64,000 nt of DNA from contig MFYJ01000007.1 of the NCBI GenBank assembly GCA_001787755.1, positions 146,585-210,584 of the forward strand, written 5' to 3'. This stretch comes from Candidatus Peribacteria bacterium RIFOXYB1_FULL_54_35. GTDB lineage: Bacteria; Patescibacteriota; Gracilibacteria; Peribacterales; Peribacteraceae. The translations under genes were made by a program, and so were the position numbers. Below are positions 34,227-42,610 of the stretch, in pieces (the stretch's first letter is position 1; each line of letters starts with the position of its first letter). The notes beneath the pieces were generated by a model. That model saw only the letters and a list, made by a program, of their open reading frames with translations. It was not told the origin of the DNA and searched no databases.

Positions 34227-35351
34227 CTATTTTGCAATCTTCTGCAATGCGGCAATCGTCGTGTCTATTTCTCCTCTTGTTGTGTCCTTTCCGAGCGAGA
34301 GCCGGATGTTCTGCAGTGCTTCATCCGCTGATCTTCCCATTGCCTCGAGTACGTGGCTCGGCCTGCTCGCTCCCGTGAGGCAGGCGGCTCCGCTGGAGAT
34401 GCAAACGCCTTCCATATCCATCCTGATCACGATGTTTTCTGCGCTCCTCCCGGCGAACCGGATGTTTGCGAAGTTGGGGAGGCGGTGCACGGGGTGACCG
34501 TTCAATGACGTGTCTTTGATCGTACGGAGGATGCTGTCGACCAGGTGATCACGGAGTGGTCGTATTCTGTTGGCTGTTCCCTCTCTGTCATGAAGCGCAA
34601 GTTCCAGTGCTTTCGCCATCCCTACGATTCCCGGCGTGTTCTCCGTGCCGGCCCGCATGCCAAATTCCTGCCCTCCACCCATCACCTGAGGGGTGATGTG
34701 CACTGTTTCCCGAACGATCAAAGCTCCGATCCCTTTGGGGCCGTAGAACTTGTGCGCTGCGATGGTCATCATGTCCGGAACGGGAGAGAGCACCGGGAGG
34801 AGCCCGATGCCCTGCACGGCATCGCAGTGGAATAGTACAGCCGCTTCTTTGCATACAGCTGCCATCTCTTCGATAGGCTGGATCGTTCCCACTTCATTGT
34901 TCGCCCATTGGATGCTCACGAGAGCGGTGTTTTGTGTAAGTGCCGCTTTGAGGTCATCGGGATTCAGTCTGCCGTAGCTGTCTACCGGCAGCCGGGTGAC
35001 GTGCCATCCTTTCAATTCGAGTTTGTCTGCTGCCTTGAGGGAGCAGCTGTGTTCCACGCTTGCGGTGATCAGGTGGCCGGGTGTTCCGTGTGTTTCCACC
35101 CACTGTTCACAGGTTCCGAAGAGCGCGAGCGAGTTTCCCTCGCTCCCATTGCTTACGAAGACTACTTCCTGCGGGAGGACAGAAAGGAGCTCTGCAATTG
35201 TCCGCCGTGCGCCGTCGATGGCGCTGCGCGCTTCCCGCCCCTTCGCGTGGGGGGAGGAAGGATTACCCCACGTGTCTCTGAGGTGCGGAAGCATGGCTTC
35301 CAGTACCTGGGGGTCGAGCGGCGTTGTGGCGGCGTGGTCGAGGTACATCAT
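34227..35351 (-). CDS. cysteine desulfurase (NifS/IscS family)
   Basis: PLP-lysine context AAHKFYGPKGIGAL and active-site SSGAAC. Confidence 0.9.
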   Translation of the reverse strand: MMYLDHAATTPLDPQVLEAMLPHLRDTWGNPSSPHAKGREARSAIDGARRTIAELLSVLPQEVVFVSNGSEGNSLALFGTCEQWVETHGTPGHLITASVEHSCSLKAADKLELKGWHVTRLPVDSYGRLNPDDLKAALTQNTALVSIQWANNEVGTIQPIEEMAAVCKEAAVLFHCDAVQGIGLLPVLSPVPDMMTIAAHKFYGPKGIGALIVRETVHITPQVMGGGQEFGMRAGTENTPGIVGMAKALELALHDREGTANRIRPLRDHLVDSILRTIKDTSLNGHPVHRLPNFANIRFAGRSAENIVIRMDMEGVCISSGAACLTGASRPSHVLEAMGRSADEALQNIRLSLGKDTTRGEIDTTIAALQKIAK

Positions 35352-35438
35352 GACACCGGTACGTAGTATAGAGTGTGATGATTCTACAATCCTAATTTCT
35401 AACTCTCACCCCAGTAATCTGATATTCTGTTTCCTGCT

Positions 35439-36362
35439 ATGTACGAGGCAATGACCATCGGCCCGTTCTTCATCTGGACGCGACTCATTTTTCTTCTCAT
35501 AGGCATCTGGCTTTCCACAGAGTTCTTCCTGCGTCTCGCGCAGAGTGCGAATCTTTCCTTCTCGCACATGCAGGAACGCGCATGGTACTACATCTGTGCA
35601 TTCCTCCTTTCCGGGAGGCTCATTGCAGTGCTCGCGACTTACCGGGTCTATCTCAAAGATCCTCTGCGTCTGTTCATTGTATGGGATGGAGGATTCAGTT
35701 ACCTCGGTGGTGTCATTGGCATCGGTGTTGTTCTGTACTGGGCTACACGCACGCAGCGTGCGACATTCCTGCAGTGGCTGGATGTGCTCCTGCCGGCAGC
35801 GGCATTCGGACTCTCGTTTGACTGGCTTGGGAAGTTCTTCGCAGGGCAGGCGTATGGCAAGCCGACGGATGTGTTCTGGGGGGTTACCTACGATGCAATC
35901 GGGGTCCGGTACGTTGTTCCGGTCCATCCTGTGCAGCTGTACTATGCGGTGACATTCCTCTTTCTTACTTTCCTCCTTCTCATCATCCGCAAGAAGTCCA
36001 CGCGGGCAGGTGCCGAAACGCTCTTCGGCATTTTCTTTGCTGCCATTGTCACCTTTTTCTTTGAGTACTTCCGGGGGGATTTCAGCATTCCGGTGTTTGC
36101 AACCCAGCTCGATTTTGTGGTGCTTGTCTGCATGTTCGTGAGTCTCGGAGTGTTTGTTGCCATTGAACTTTCACTCTCCAAAGTTTCTCTGTATGTGTAT
36201 CAGACGTTTCTGCTCATTGTGTTCGGGGGGTACCTCGTTGGCCGGTCCTGGGTTCGGCTCCCCACGTTCGAGTTGCGCTTCAGCCAGTTCCTCTCTGTGC
36301 TGGCGCTCCTTGCCACGGTCGTGTACGTTGTAGTGCACCGACGCAAATACCCGCATCTCTAA
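35439..36362 (+). CDS. lgt: prolipoprotein diacylglyceryl transferase
   Basis: Polytopic membrane protein. VHPVQLYY and GGVIGIG motifs. Confidence 0.85.
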   Translation: MYEAMTIGPFFIWTRLIFLLIGIWLSTEFFLRLAQSANLSFSHMQERAWYYICAFLLSGRLIAVLATYRVYLKDPLRLFIVWDGGFSYLGGVIGIGVVLYWATRTQRATFLQWLDVLLPAAAFGLSFDWLGKFFAGQAYGKPTDVFWGVTYDAIGVRYVVPVHPVQLYYAVTFLFLTFLLLIIRKKSTRAGAETLFGIFFAAIVTFFFEYFRGDFSIPVFATQLDFVVLVCMFVSLGVFVAIELSLSKVSLYVYQTFLLIVFGGYLVGRSWVRLPTFELRFSQFLSVLALLATVVYVVVHRRKYPHL

Positions 36363-36363
36363 T

Positions 36364-36708
36364 ATGACTTTCTCTCTGCAGACACTCCTCGAGCCCTGGT
36401 TCCTCTTTCTCGCGGATGATCCGACGCTCCGTCTCTTGCAGTTGGGCATGCTCCTTCTTGGAACCATCGTCATATTCCTCGTGTTCTTCGTCACGCGCGA
36501 TATCCTCCTGCGTACCGATTCATTCCTGTACATGTTCCTGTGCATCCTCCTGGCCGCCTTCCTCCCGGTGGTGGGATTTTTCCTCTACCTTCTCATCCGG
36601 CCGGCACGCACCATCAAGGAACGCGAGGTGGAAAAGATGCTCCGCAGTCTTCTCCAGAAAAACAAGATTGGGTGGGAGAAGGAGAAGAAAGATCGGAAGA
36701 ACAGTTGA
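36364..36708 (+). CDS. small membrane protein, PLDc_N-like
   Basis: 114 aa. LLAAFLPVVGFFLYLLIRP is typical of the phospholipase-D N-terminal-like domain. Confidence 0.65.
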   Translation: MTFSLQTLLEPWFLFLADDPTLRLLQLGMLLLGTIVIFLVFFVTRDILLRTDSFLYMFLCILLAAFLPVVGFFLYLLIRPARTIKEREVEKMLRSLLQKNKIGWEKEKKDRKNS

Positions 36709-36797
36709 AAATGGAAAATAAAAAATGGAAAATGAAAGGTGAGAGTTGATTGTTGCGTGGATCGATTTTCAATTTTCCGTTTTTCATTTATTATTTC
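36707..36797. repeat. hairpin element with GAAAATR heptamer arms
   Basis: GAAAATGGAAAATAAAAAATGGAAAATGAAAGG versus GATTTTCAATTTTCCGTTTTTCATTTATTATTTC. Confidence 0.75.
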
Positions 36798-36802
36798 TCC
36801 CG

Positions 36803-37207
36803 ATGTCCTTCTTCTCATACGTCTTCTGGCCACGACCGCCCATTGTGGGATATGACAATATGAAGTTGCAGATCCTGCTCCTGCTCTGCTTTCTGTGCAT
36901 TGTCGTTTCCTTCGGCATTCGTCACTGGCGGAAAAGGCAGCAGAATCCCGTGACGCGTAAGCTCAGCCGTTCGTGGGCAGGTGCAGCGCTCTGGTTTGGC
37001 ATTGTTGGCCTCGTGCTCGCCGTGTCCCGTGCGGAAGACATCAGCTATGTTTCCATGCGCTTCTGGTGGGTTCTCTGGGCATGTGCATTCGCATTCTACT
37101 TGTATGTGCAGGTGCGCTTGTTCCGTGCGCGCCATTACGAGAAGCTCCCCGCGGAGAGTATCGACGATCCACGTCAGAAGTACCTGCCGAGGAAAAAGAA
37201 GAGGTAA
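36803..37207 (+). CDS. hypothetical membrane protein
   Basis: ATG at 36803 downstream of the repeat. Three hydrophobic segments and a basic C-terminus. Start uncertain; an alternative ATG encoding MKLQILLL lies 19 codons downstream. Confidence 0.55.
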   Translation: MSFFSYVFWPRPPIVGYDNMKLQILLLLCFLCIVVSFGIRHWRKRQQNPVTRKLSRSWAGAALWFGIVGLVLAVSRAEDISYVSMRFWWVLWACAFAFYLYVQVRLFRARHYEKLPAESIDDPRQKYLPRKKKR

Positions 37208-37395
37208 TAGAAAGAGAGGAGTACGGGATTGTGGGTTTCTCCCTCTTCTTCCTTGTTGTTTCCTCTCCCCGGGTACCAGTGTTGTCTTTTGCGCTCCCGT
37301 ACAGCGAAAATCCCACGAACCGCTTGCACGGTTTCCAGAGTGAGGCTTCAATGTGTTTGCCGTGGAATTGGTAGAACATCCATCCCCGCTTTGCG

Positions 37396-38307
37396 ATGCG
37401 CTCTCTCACCTACAAGGACATTACATGGTATGACGACAGCAATCCTTCTGAGAAGGACCTTCTTGAATTGCAGAAGAAGTACGGGTTTCATGAGCTTGAT
37501 ATTGAGGACTGTCTGAGTCTTCATGAGCGGCCGAAAGTCGAGGAGTACGACGACTACATTTTCCTTGTGTTCCACATCCCGTACCTGCAGCAGCGCACAG
37601 GGCGTATTTTCAAAGAGGAGGTGAATATCTTTTTGGGGCAGCACTTCATTGCCACCCTCCACAAGGGGAATCTCCCCATCATCGATCGTCTCTGGGAGGA
37701 GGTGAATAAGTCGGAGGAGATGAAAGGGGAGTATCTCCAGTATGGTACGGGTTTCCTGCTCTACGAACTCATGAGCAAGTTTTTTGATGATGTGTTCCCG
37801 CTGGTGGACACCATTACCAGGCAGCTCCGTGAAATTGAAGACCGTCTCTTCGAGAGTGAGGAGCATGTGAATCTCCTCCGCGAGATCATGGCTCTCAAGA
37901 GAAACATCATTACCATGCGCAGTATTCTCCTCCCGCAGCGAACGCTTGTTGCGACGCTGGAGCACAAGAACAAGAAGTTTGTTTCGGAGGAACTGGCGCT
38001 CTACTTCGACGACATCCTCGATGCCATTGAGCGGCAGTGGTCGCTCCTGGATACGGACAAAGAACTCTGCGAGGCGCTCCAGGACACGCACGGATCATGG
38101 CTCAGTCACAAAACGAATGCAGTGGTGAAACTGCTGACGATCTTCTCGGTGACCATGCTCCCCCTCACGGTGATCACCGGTTTCTATGGCATGAACGTGG
38201 GTCTTCCTTTCCAGGCTGCGGAGCAAACGGCTCTCGGCATCATCATAGTGATGTTGGGCATTATTATCGTGATGATGGCGTATTTTGCAAAGAAGCACTG
38301 GCTCTGA
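37396..38307 (+). CDS. corA: magnesium/cobalt transporter CorA
   Basis: 303 aa. C-terminal two TM helices with the YGMNV signature. Confidence 0.9.
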   Translation: MRSLTYKDITWYDDSNPSEKDLLELQKKYGFHELDIEDCLSLHERPKVEEYDDYIFLVFHIPYLQQRTGRIFKEEVNIFLGQHFIATLHKGNLPIIDRLWEEVNKSEEMKGEYLQYGTGFLLYELMSKFFDDVFPLVDTITRQLREIEDRLFESEEHVNLLREIMALKRNIITMRSILLPQRTLVATLEHKNKKFVSEELALYFDDILDAIERQWSLLDTDKELCEALQDTHGSWLSHKTNAVVKLLTIFSVTMLPLTVITGFYGMNVGLPFQAAEQTALGIIIVMLGIIIVMMAYFAKKHWL

Positions 38308-38404
38308 GAGCTTGTAGCTTGTAGTTGGTAGCTTGTAGTGCTTTGATCGTCGATCCTTTGGATCTTGGATTTCCTACGTGCTACAACCTACAAACTACAA
38401 GCTC
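38308..38404. repeat. GTAGNTT-heptamer hairpin element, family copy 2
   Basis: GAGCTTGTAGCTTGTAGTTGGTAGCTTGTAGTG ... TTCCTACGTGCTACAACCTACAAACTACAAGCTC. Shortened core TCCTTTGGATCTTGGATTT. Confidence 0.9.
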
Positions 38405-38430
38405 GTCTATGGTCTACTACTATTTTGTTC

Positions 38431-39393
38431 ATGCTTCTTGACACATGGCCTGCTTTTCTAGAGGATATCCCTCCTATGCCGCTGAAGCACACGACTGAGA
38501 CACTGCTTGTCTTCCTCCTTGGCACTGCCACGGTGGTCACAGGCATCATCATTCCAAGCCTGACAGCACCGGACATGGGCATCGCCCCATGGGCCATTGT
38601 GTTCGTACTGGCCATTGCCTATCCGCTTGCTCTTTCCGGGCTCTTCCGGAGGAACAGGGCGGATTATGCGTTCCGTTTGCTCCACTGGATGCCTGCAATA
38701 CTTCTGCTGCTTCTCTTCCTCATGCAGGCAGGGATACGTACGCTTCCTTTCATAGCGTCGGTGCTGGACTGGTACACGTGGGGCTGGACTCTCCCGGGGG
38801 TGGCAACAGGATTTTTCCTGCTGGTGTACTTCTGCCTCCGCGTGATCCGCCGGTGGACGAAGAGGCTTGTGCTCCTTGTGGTTCTCTTCGTGCCGTTCAT
38901 GGTCGGTGCCGTTGCTTCTGAACACTACACAACCTGGAACCAGGAGATCGCTTCCGTGCTCTGGGAAGGGGAGTGGTGGAAGCTGGAAAAGGATGGTGCG
39001 GGCCTCGTAGCACAGGTGGATTCCCCCTCGGAGGAAGCATCGAGTGAGAAGAACCTCGAAGCGTCTGCCGATCCGGTGGAAGAGTCGTACCGTGAGAGGT
39101 TGCGAGCCATCGAGAACCGCCGCGAGCGCATTGCTGCCCGTCTGGAGGAGAGGCATGCGGGAGAAGAGGAATCGACGGGAGAGGAGGAGGGAGAAGAGTC
39201 TGAAGAAGCAGCGCCGGTTGTCGAGGAGGTGTCTTCTGCCGAAAGCGTTTCTATGCGCGAGGTCAGCAGCATGCCGAGCAGGCTCCCGAGTTCGGGATTG
39301 AGTTGGGCGGCCATCATTCTGACCATGCTTGGGCTCTACACTGCGACAGTGCATGCACGCACCCGAAAAAGGTCAGAAATGGTTGAGATTTGA
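38431..39393 (+). CDS. hypothetical polytopic membrane protein with acidic C-terminal region
   Basis: ATG at 38431 after the repeat. Multiple TM segments, then an E-rich region and a final TM. Confidence 0.6.
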   Translation: MLLDTWPAFLEDIPPMPLKHTTETLLVFLLGTATVVTGIIIPSLTAPDMGIAPWAIVFVLAIAYPLALSGLFRRNRADYAFRLLHWMPAILLLLLFLMQAGIRTLPFIASVLDWYTWGWTLPGVATGFFLLVYFCLRVIRRWTKRLVLLVVLFVPFMVGAVASEHYTTWNQEIASVLWEGEWWKLEKDGAGLVAQVDSPSEEASSEKNLEASADPVEESYRERLRAIENRRERIAARLEERHAGEEESTGEEEGEESEEAAPVVEEVSSAESVSMREVSSMPSRLPSSGLSWAAIILTMLGLYTATVHARTRKRSEMVEI

Positions 39394-39555
39394 GTATTTA
39401 GTATTGAGTATGGGCTTTGGAAATGAATCCTTGGCACTTGAGTACTTGAGTACTAGAATACTTGGATGCCTCAAGTGATCAAGTATTCAAATACTCAAGT
39501 ATTCTAGTATTCCAGTACTCAGGGGAAAAAATCAAAATACTCAATACTCCATACC
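39392..39555. repeat. nested hairpin element with (C)TTGAGTA/CTAGAATA octamer arms
   Basis: CACTTGAGTACTTGAGTACTAGAATACTTGG versus CAAGTATTCAAATACTCAAGTATTCTAGTATTCCAGTACTCAGG. The outer AGTATTGAGTAT arms also pair. Confidence 0.8.
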
Positions 39556-39610
39556 ACATACTCTTCTCCTGCGCTTGCTGCTATGATGATTCCACCTTCC
39601 CTCGTTCACT

Positions 39611-40888
39611 ATGGCAGCTATCAAATCCCTCCACGCGAGGCAAATCCTCGATTCCCGTGGCAATCCCACTGTGGAAGTCGACTGTGAGCTCGATGACGGC
39701 ACATTCGGGCGGGCTGCGGTTCCCTCCGGGGCTTCCACCGGCACGCATGAAGCGCTTGAGCTGCGGGATGGAGATAAGAACATGTACCACGGCAACTCGG
39801 TGCTCAAGGCGGTGGCCAATGTGAATGATGTCATTGCGCCCGCCCTCAAGGGGAAGAACATTTCCGATCAGCGCACTCTCGACCAGCAGATGCTGGATCT
39901 CGACGGTACCAAGAACAAATCCAAACTCGGTGCGAATGCCATCCTGGGCGTTTCCATGGCTGTCTGCCGTGCGCGTGCGGGAGTGGAGCAGCGGCCGCTC
40001 TGGCAGTCGCTCGCAGACCAGTTTGAAGTCAGCGAACCCACCAGACTCCCGGTGCCGATGATGAATGTGATCAACGGGGGCAAGCATGCAGACAGCGGTC
40101 TCTCCTTCCAGGAGTGCATGATCATTCCTGCGGGAGTGAAGAGTTTCACCGATGCCATCCGGGCAGGCTCAGAAATATTCCACAGCTTAAAGAAACTCCT
40201 GAAGGATGCCGGACACGTCATAGCGGTGGGGGATGAAGGCGGATTTGCCCCTCATGTGAAGGACAGTGGCGGGGCGTTTGGTTTCCTCCTGAAGGCGATA
40301 GAGGCAGCGGGGTACACGGGCAAGGTGGTGCTCGGCATCGATGCCGCGGCAACGGAATTCTGCGACAAGGGGAAGTACACGCTGGACGGCAAAACGCTCT
40401 CCTCAGGAAAGCTCGTGGACTACTACGAAGATCTCTGCGCTAAGTATCCTCTTGTGGTCATAGAAGACAGCCACAGCGAGGATGACTGGGAGGGATTCAC
40501 AGCCATGGCGAAGCGGATGGGGGATCGCATCCAGCTCATAGGGGATGATCTCCTCGTGACGAATACAGAGCGTATTCAGATGGCGATCGAGAAGAAGGCG
40601 GTGAACGCCGTACTCATCAAATTAAACCAGATCGGCTCGGTGAGCGAGACGGTGGATGCCATTCAGATGACGCAGAAGGAGGGGTGGAACGCCGTGGTGA
40701 GCCACAGGAGCGGCGAGACGGAAGACACTTTCATCGCGCATCTTGCCGTGGGCCTGCAGACCGGGCAGATCAAAACGGGGTCGCTCAGCCGCACGGACAG
40801 GGTCTGCAAGTACAATCAGCTGTTGCGTATAGAGGAACAGCTCGGGAGCAGGGCGCAGTACGTGTCGCCGTTCAAGGGCTCGTTCTAA
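39611..40888 (+). CDS. eno: enolase
   Basis: 425 aa. ILDSRGNPTVEV, SHRSGETED and IKTGSLSRTDR motifs. Confidence 0.97.
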   Translation: MAAIKSLHARQILDSRGNPTVEVDCELDDGTFGRAAVPSGASTGTHEALELRDGDKNMYHGNSVLKAVANVNDVIAPALKGKNISDQRTLDQQMLDLDGTKNKSKLGANAILGVSMAVCRARAGVEQRPLWQSLADQFEVSEPTRLPVPMMNVINGGKHADSGLSFQECMIIPAGVKSFTDAIRAGSEIFHSLKKLLKDAGHVIAVGDEGGFAPHVKDSGGAFGFLLKAIEAAGYTGKVVLGIDAAATEFCDKGKYTLDGKTLSSGKLVDYYEDLCAKYPLVVIEDSHSEDDWEGFTAMAKRMGDRIQLIGDDLLVTNTERIQMAIEKKAVNAVLIKLNQIGSVSETVDAIQMTQKEGWNAVVSHRSGETEDTFIAHLAVGLQTGQIKTGSLSRTDRVCKYNQLLRIEEQLGSRAQYVSPFKGSF

Positions 40889-41081
40889 CGAAGCGGCAGA
40901 GATTTTTTGCGGCATGCGAAATGCTCTTGCACGGCGGTGAGTGTGTCTTCTACTATTCTTTTTAAGTTTGGCTTGCATGTGTGCGAGCCTCACGTGACCG
41001 CCCCCTGTTGTGTATGGGGGCACCTCTGTTCCTTGGTCCACACTGGTGGACCAAACATCCTCTGTTTCAAGGAGACGTGCC

Positions 41082-41246
41082 ATGAGTGGGCGCACCCTGT
41101 TCGGTCGAGCGAAGTTCCAGAGAGCTGCCAAGACGGCGACGACGACGGCCAAGAAGAAGACGAAGCCGGCCACGACGATCGCGATGCAGGCCATGCTGGG
41201 CACGACGACCGAAGACGACTGCGCGGTGACTGCCGTTCACTACTAG
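41082..41246 (+). CDS. possible 54-aa small protein (low confidence)
   Basis: AAGGAG at 41069-41074 lies 7 nt before the ATG at 41082, and SD-like sequences are rare in this window. The peptide MSGRTLFGRAKFQRAAKTATTTAKKKTKPATTIAMQ... is low complexity. A long imperfect hairpin follows the stop. Confidence 0.3.
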   Translation: MSGRTLFGRAKFQRAAKTATTTAKKKTKPATTIAMQAMLGTTTEDDCAVTAVHY

Positions 41247-41586
41247 CCTCGCTTTGGCTGGCAGTGGACGACTCCTTGCGGCCCGGTGAGTACGACGAGT
41301 ACTTGCCGGGCCAGCTTTAAAATCACCGGCGATGCCGGGCCTTTTTCCTCCGGAGAAAAAATTCTCTTGCATTGCCGGAATTTTTTTCTATCATTGCGGC
41401 CAGTTTTGAGTTGCCGATGAGGTGATTCATAACGGGGCCGGTTGATGAGAGTCAACCGGTTGCTTAAAAGTGCAATCATTTTTACCCGTTCGACAAAGCG
41501 CGGCTGCTCTGCGGCCGCGTCATCAGAAAGTCATTCCTTCAGGGGCGGGCTCAGGGTGAAGCGCGGGGGCTCTGCCTCCGCGTGCT

Positions 41587-41844
41587 TCACCGATATCTCT
41601 TCTGTATCCATCGCTTCTTCAGCCACGGGAGCGAGAGCGTGGAGAGCAGGTAGCCTCCGGCGGGGACAAGTGCCTGGAGGAGGGAGGGGTGGGAGTCGAT
41701 ACTCCACAGGAAGAGAACGGAGATCGCGTAGATCATCCCGAGGATGGTGAGCCTCCGAAACCAGCTGAGCTCCCACGCTTTCTCGGTTTCCACGCGCCTG
41801 TTGCGTTCAAGGATGGCCTGAATCTGCTGCTCAGGGGTGTTCAT
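41587..41844 (-). CDS. small membrane protein (85 aa)
   Basis: ATG at 41844 (MNTPEQQ...). Two hydrophobic segments. The upstream part of the track ORF is translated tRNA and repeat sequence. Confidence 0.6.
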   Translation of the reverse strand: MNTPEQQIQAILERNRRVETEKAWELSWFRRLTILGMIYAISVLFLWSIDSHPSLLQALVPAGGYLLSTLSLPWLKKRWIQKRYR

Positions 41845-41945
41845 GGAGTGCAGTCTACTCTCCCTGATATGTGAACTCGAGAATCTCTTCCAGTCTGATG
41901 GAATTATTTCTCTCCCTGAGGTTGAGTTGGTTTTTGATGGCTTGC

Positions 41946-42029
41946 CATGAGCGAGCGGCAGCCCAAGGTTCTTCGATTCGCCGCTTCGCGGTTCACTCAG
42001 AGTCACTCGCCTCGCTGCCGCGAGTCGAA
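41946..42029 (-). repeat. about 84-nt tRNA-flank element, copy a
   Basis: About 85% identical to 57668-57750. It abuts the displaced tRNA-Pro 3' fragment and contains the GCCGC-TTC-GCGGC hairpin. Confidence 0.9.
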
Positions 42030-42048
42030 TGGTCGGGGCGACTGGACT
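42030..42048 (-). repeat. duplicate of the last 19 nt of tRNA-Pro
   Basis: TGGTCGGGGCGACTGGACT is identical to 42149-42167 (21 nt if the preceding AA is counted). Confidence 0.95.
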
Positions 42049-42148
42049 TCCCTCGTCTTGTCCACCTGCGGCGGACTCGCTCGGGATAAACTTCTCGTCC
42101 ATTCGCGTGCAATTACTTCTTTTCCTGAAGTGTTTTCTATGTTTCCAA

Positions 42149-42225
42149 TGGTCGGGGCGACTGGACTCGAACCAGCGACCACTTGCACCCCATGCAAGCA
42201 TTCTAGCCAACTGAACTACGCCCCG
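42149..42225 (-). tRNA. tRNA-Pro (anticodon GGG), CCA encoded
   Basis: CGGGGCG TA GTTC AGTTGGCTA GAAT G CTTGC ATGGGGT GCAAG TGGTC GCTGG TTCGAGT CCAGT CGCCCCG A CCA. Confidence 0.9.
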
Positions 42226-42326
42226 AATGACAGAGGGGAGTATAGCCTAGCCAATGCAGATCAGCATGCGGCGAACGAAGTGAGCCGGATGATGACTGCA
42301 TCCCGCACCGACGAGCAAAGCGAGTC

Positions 42327-42352
42327 TGGTGCGGGGCTGAACTACGCCCCGA
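42327..42352 (-). pseudogene. tRNA-Pro-derived acceptor minihelix relic
   Basis: Minus-strand read TCGGGGCGTAGTTCAGCCCCGCACCA. 16 nt are identical to the tRNA-Pro 5' end, fused to a complementary 3' strand and an ACCA-like tail. Confidence 0.7.
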
Positions 42353-42610
42353 GTTTCTGCAGTATAACTGATAGTGGGGATGCAGGTGGAACAAAATCTG
42401 GAGCTTGTGGGGGAGTGTGGCAGTTCAAGCTGCCAGTGTTTCTGCCGGTTGCGGGGGTATACCGACAGCTGAAAGCTGTAAAATCTCTTGCAGAGGGAAG
42501 GGTATCGCGGTAACGTTTCAAGCTTATTTTTCCTTCGTATGTACGTCTTTTACCGCATCTCCTCCAAAGTATTGCATTTTATTAAATTTATGTTATAATA
42601 TTACGATTAC

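Noticed and set aside
40622-41203. 193-aa minus-strand ORF starting with a strong TM helix
   Set aside because: The frame has no stop until 266 nt into the enolase gene (antisense), and the post-TM sequence is not protein-like. It is kept only as an alternative in the finding for this gap.
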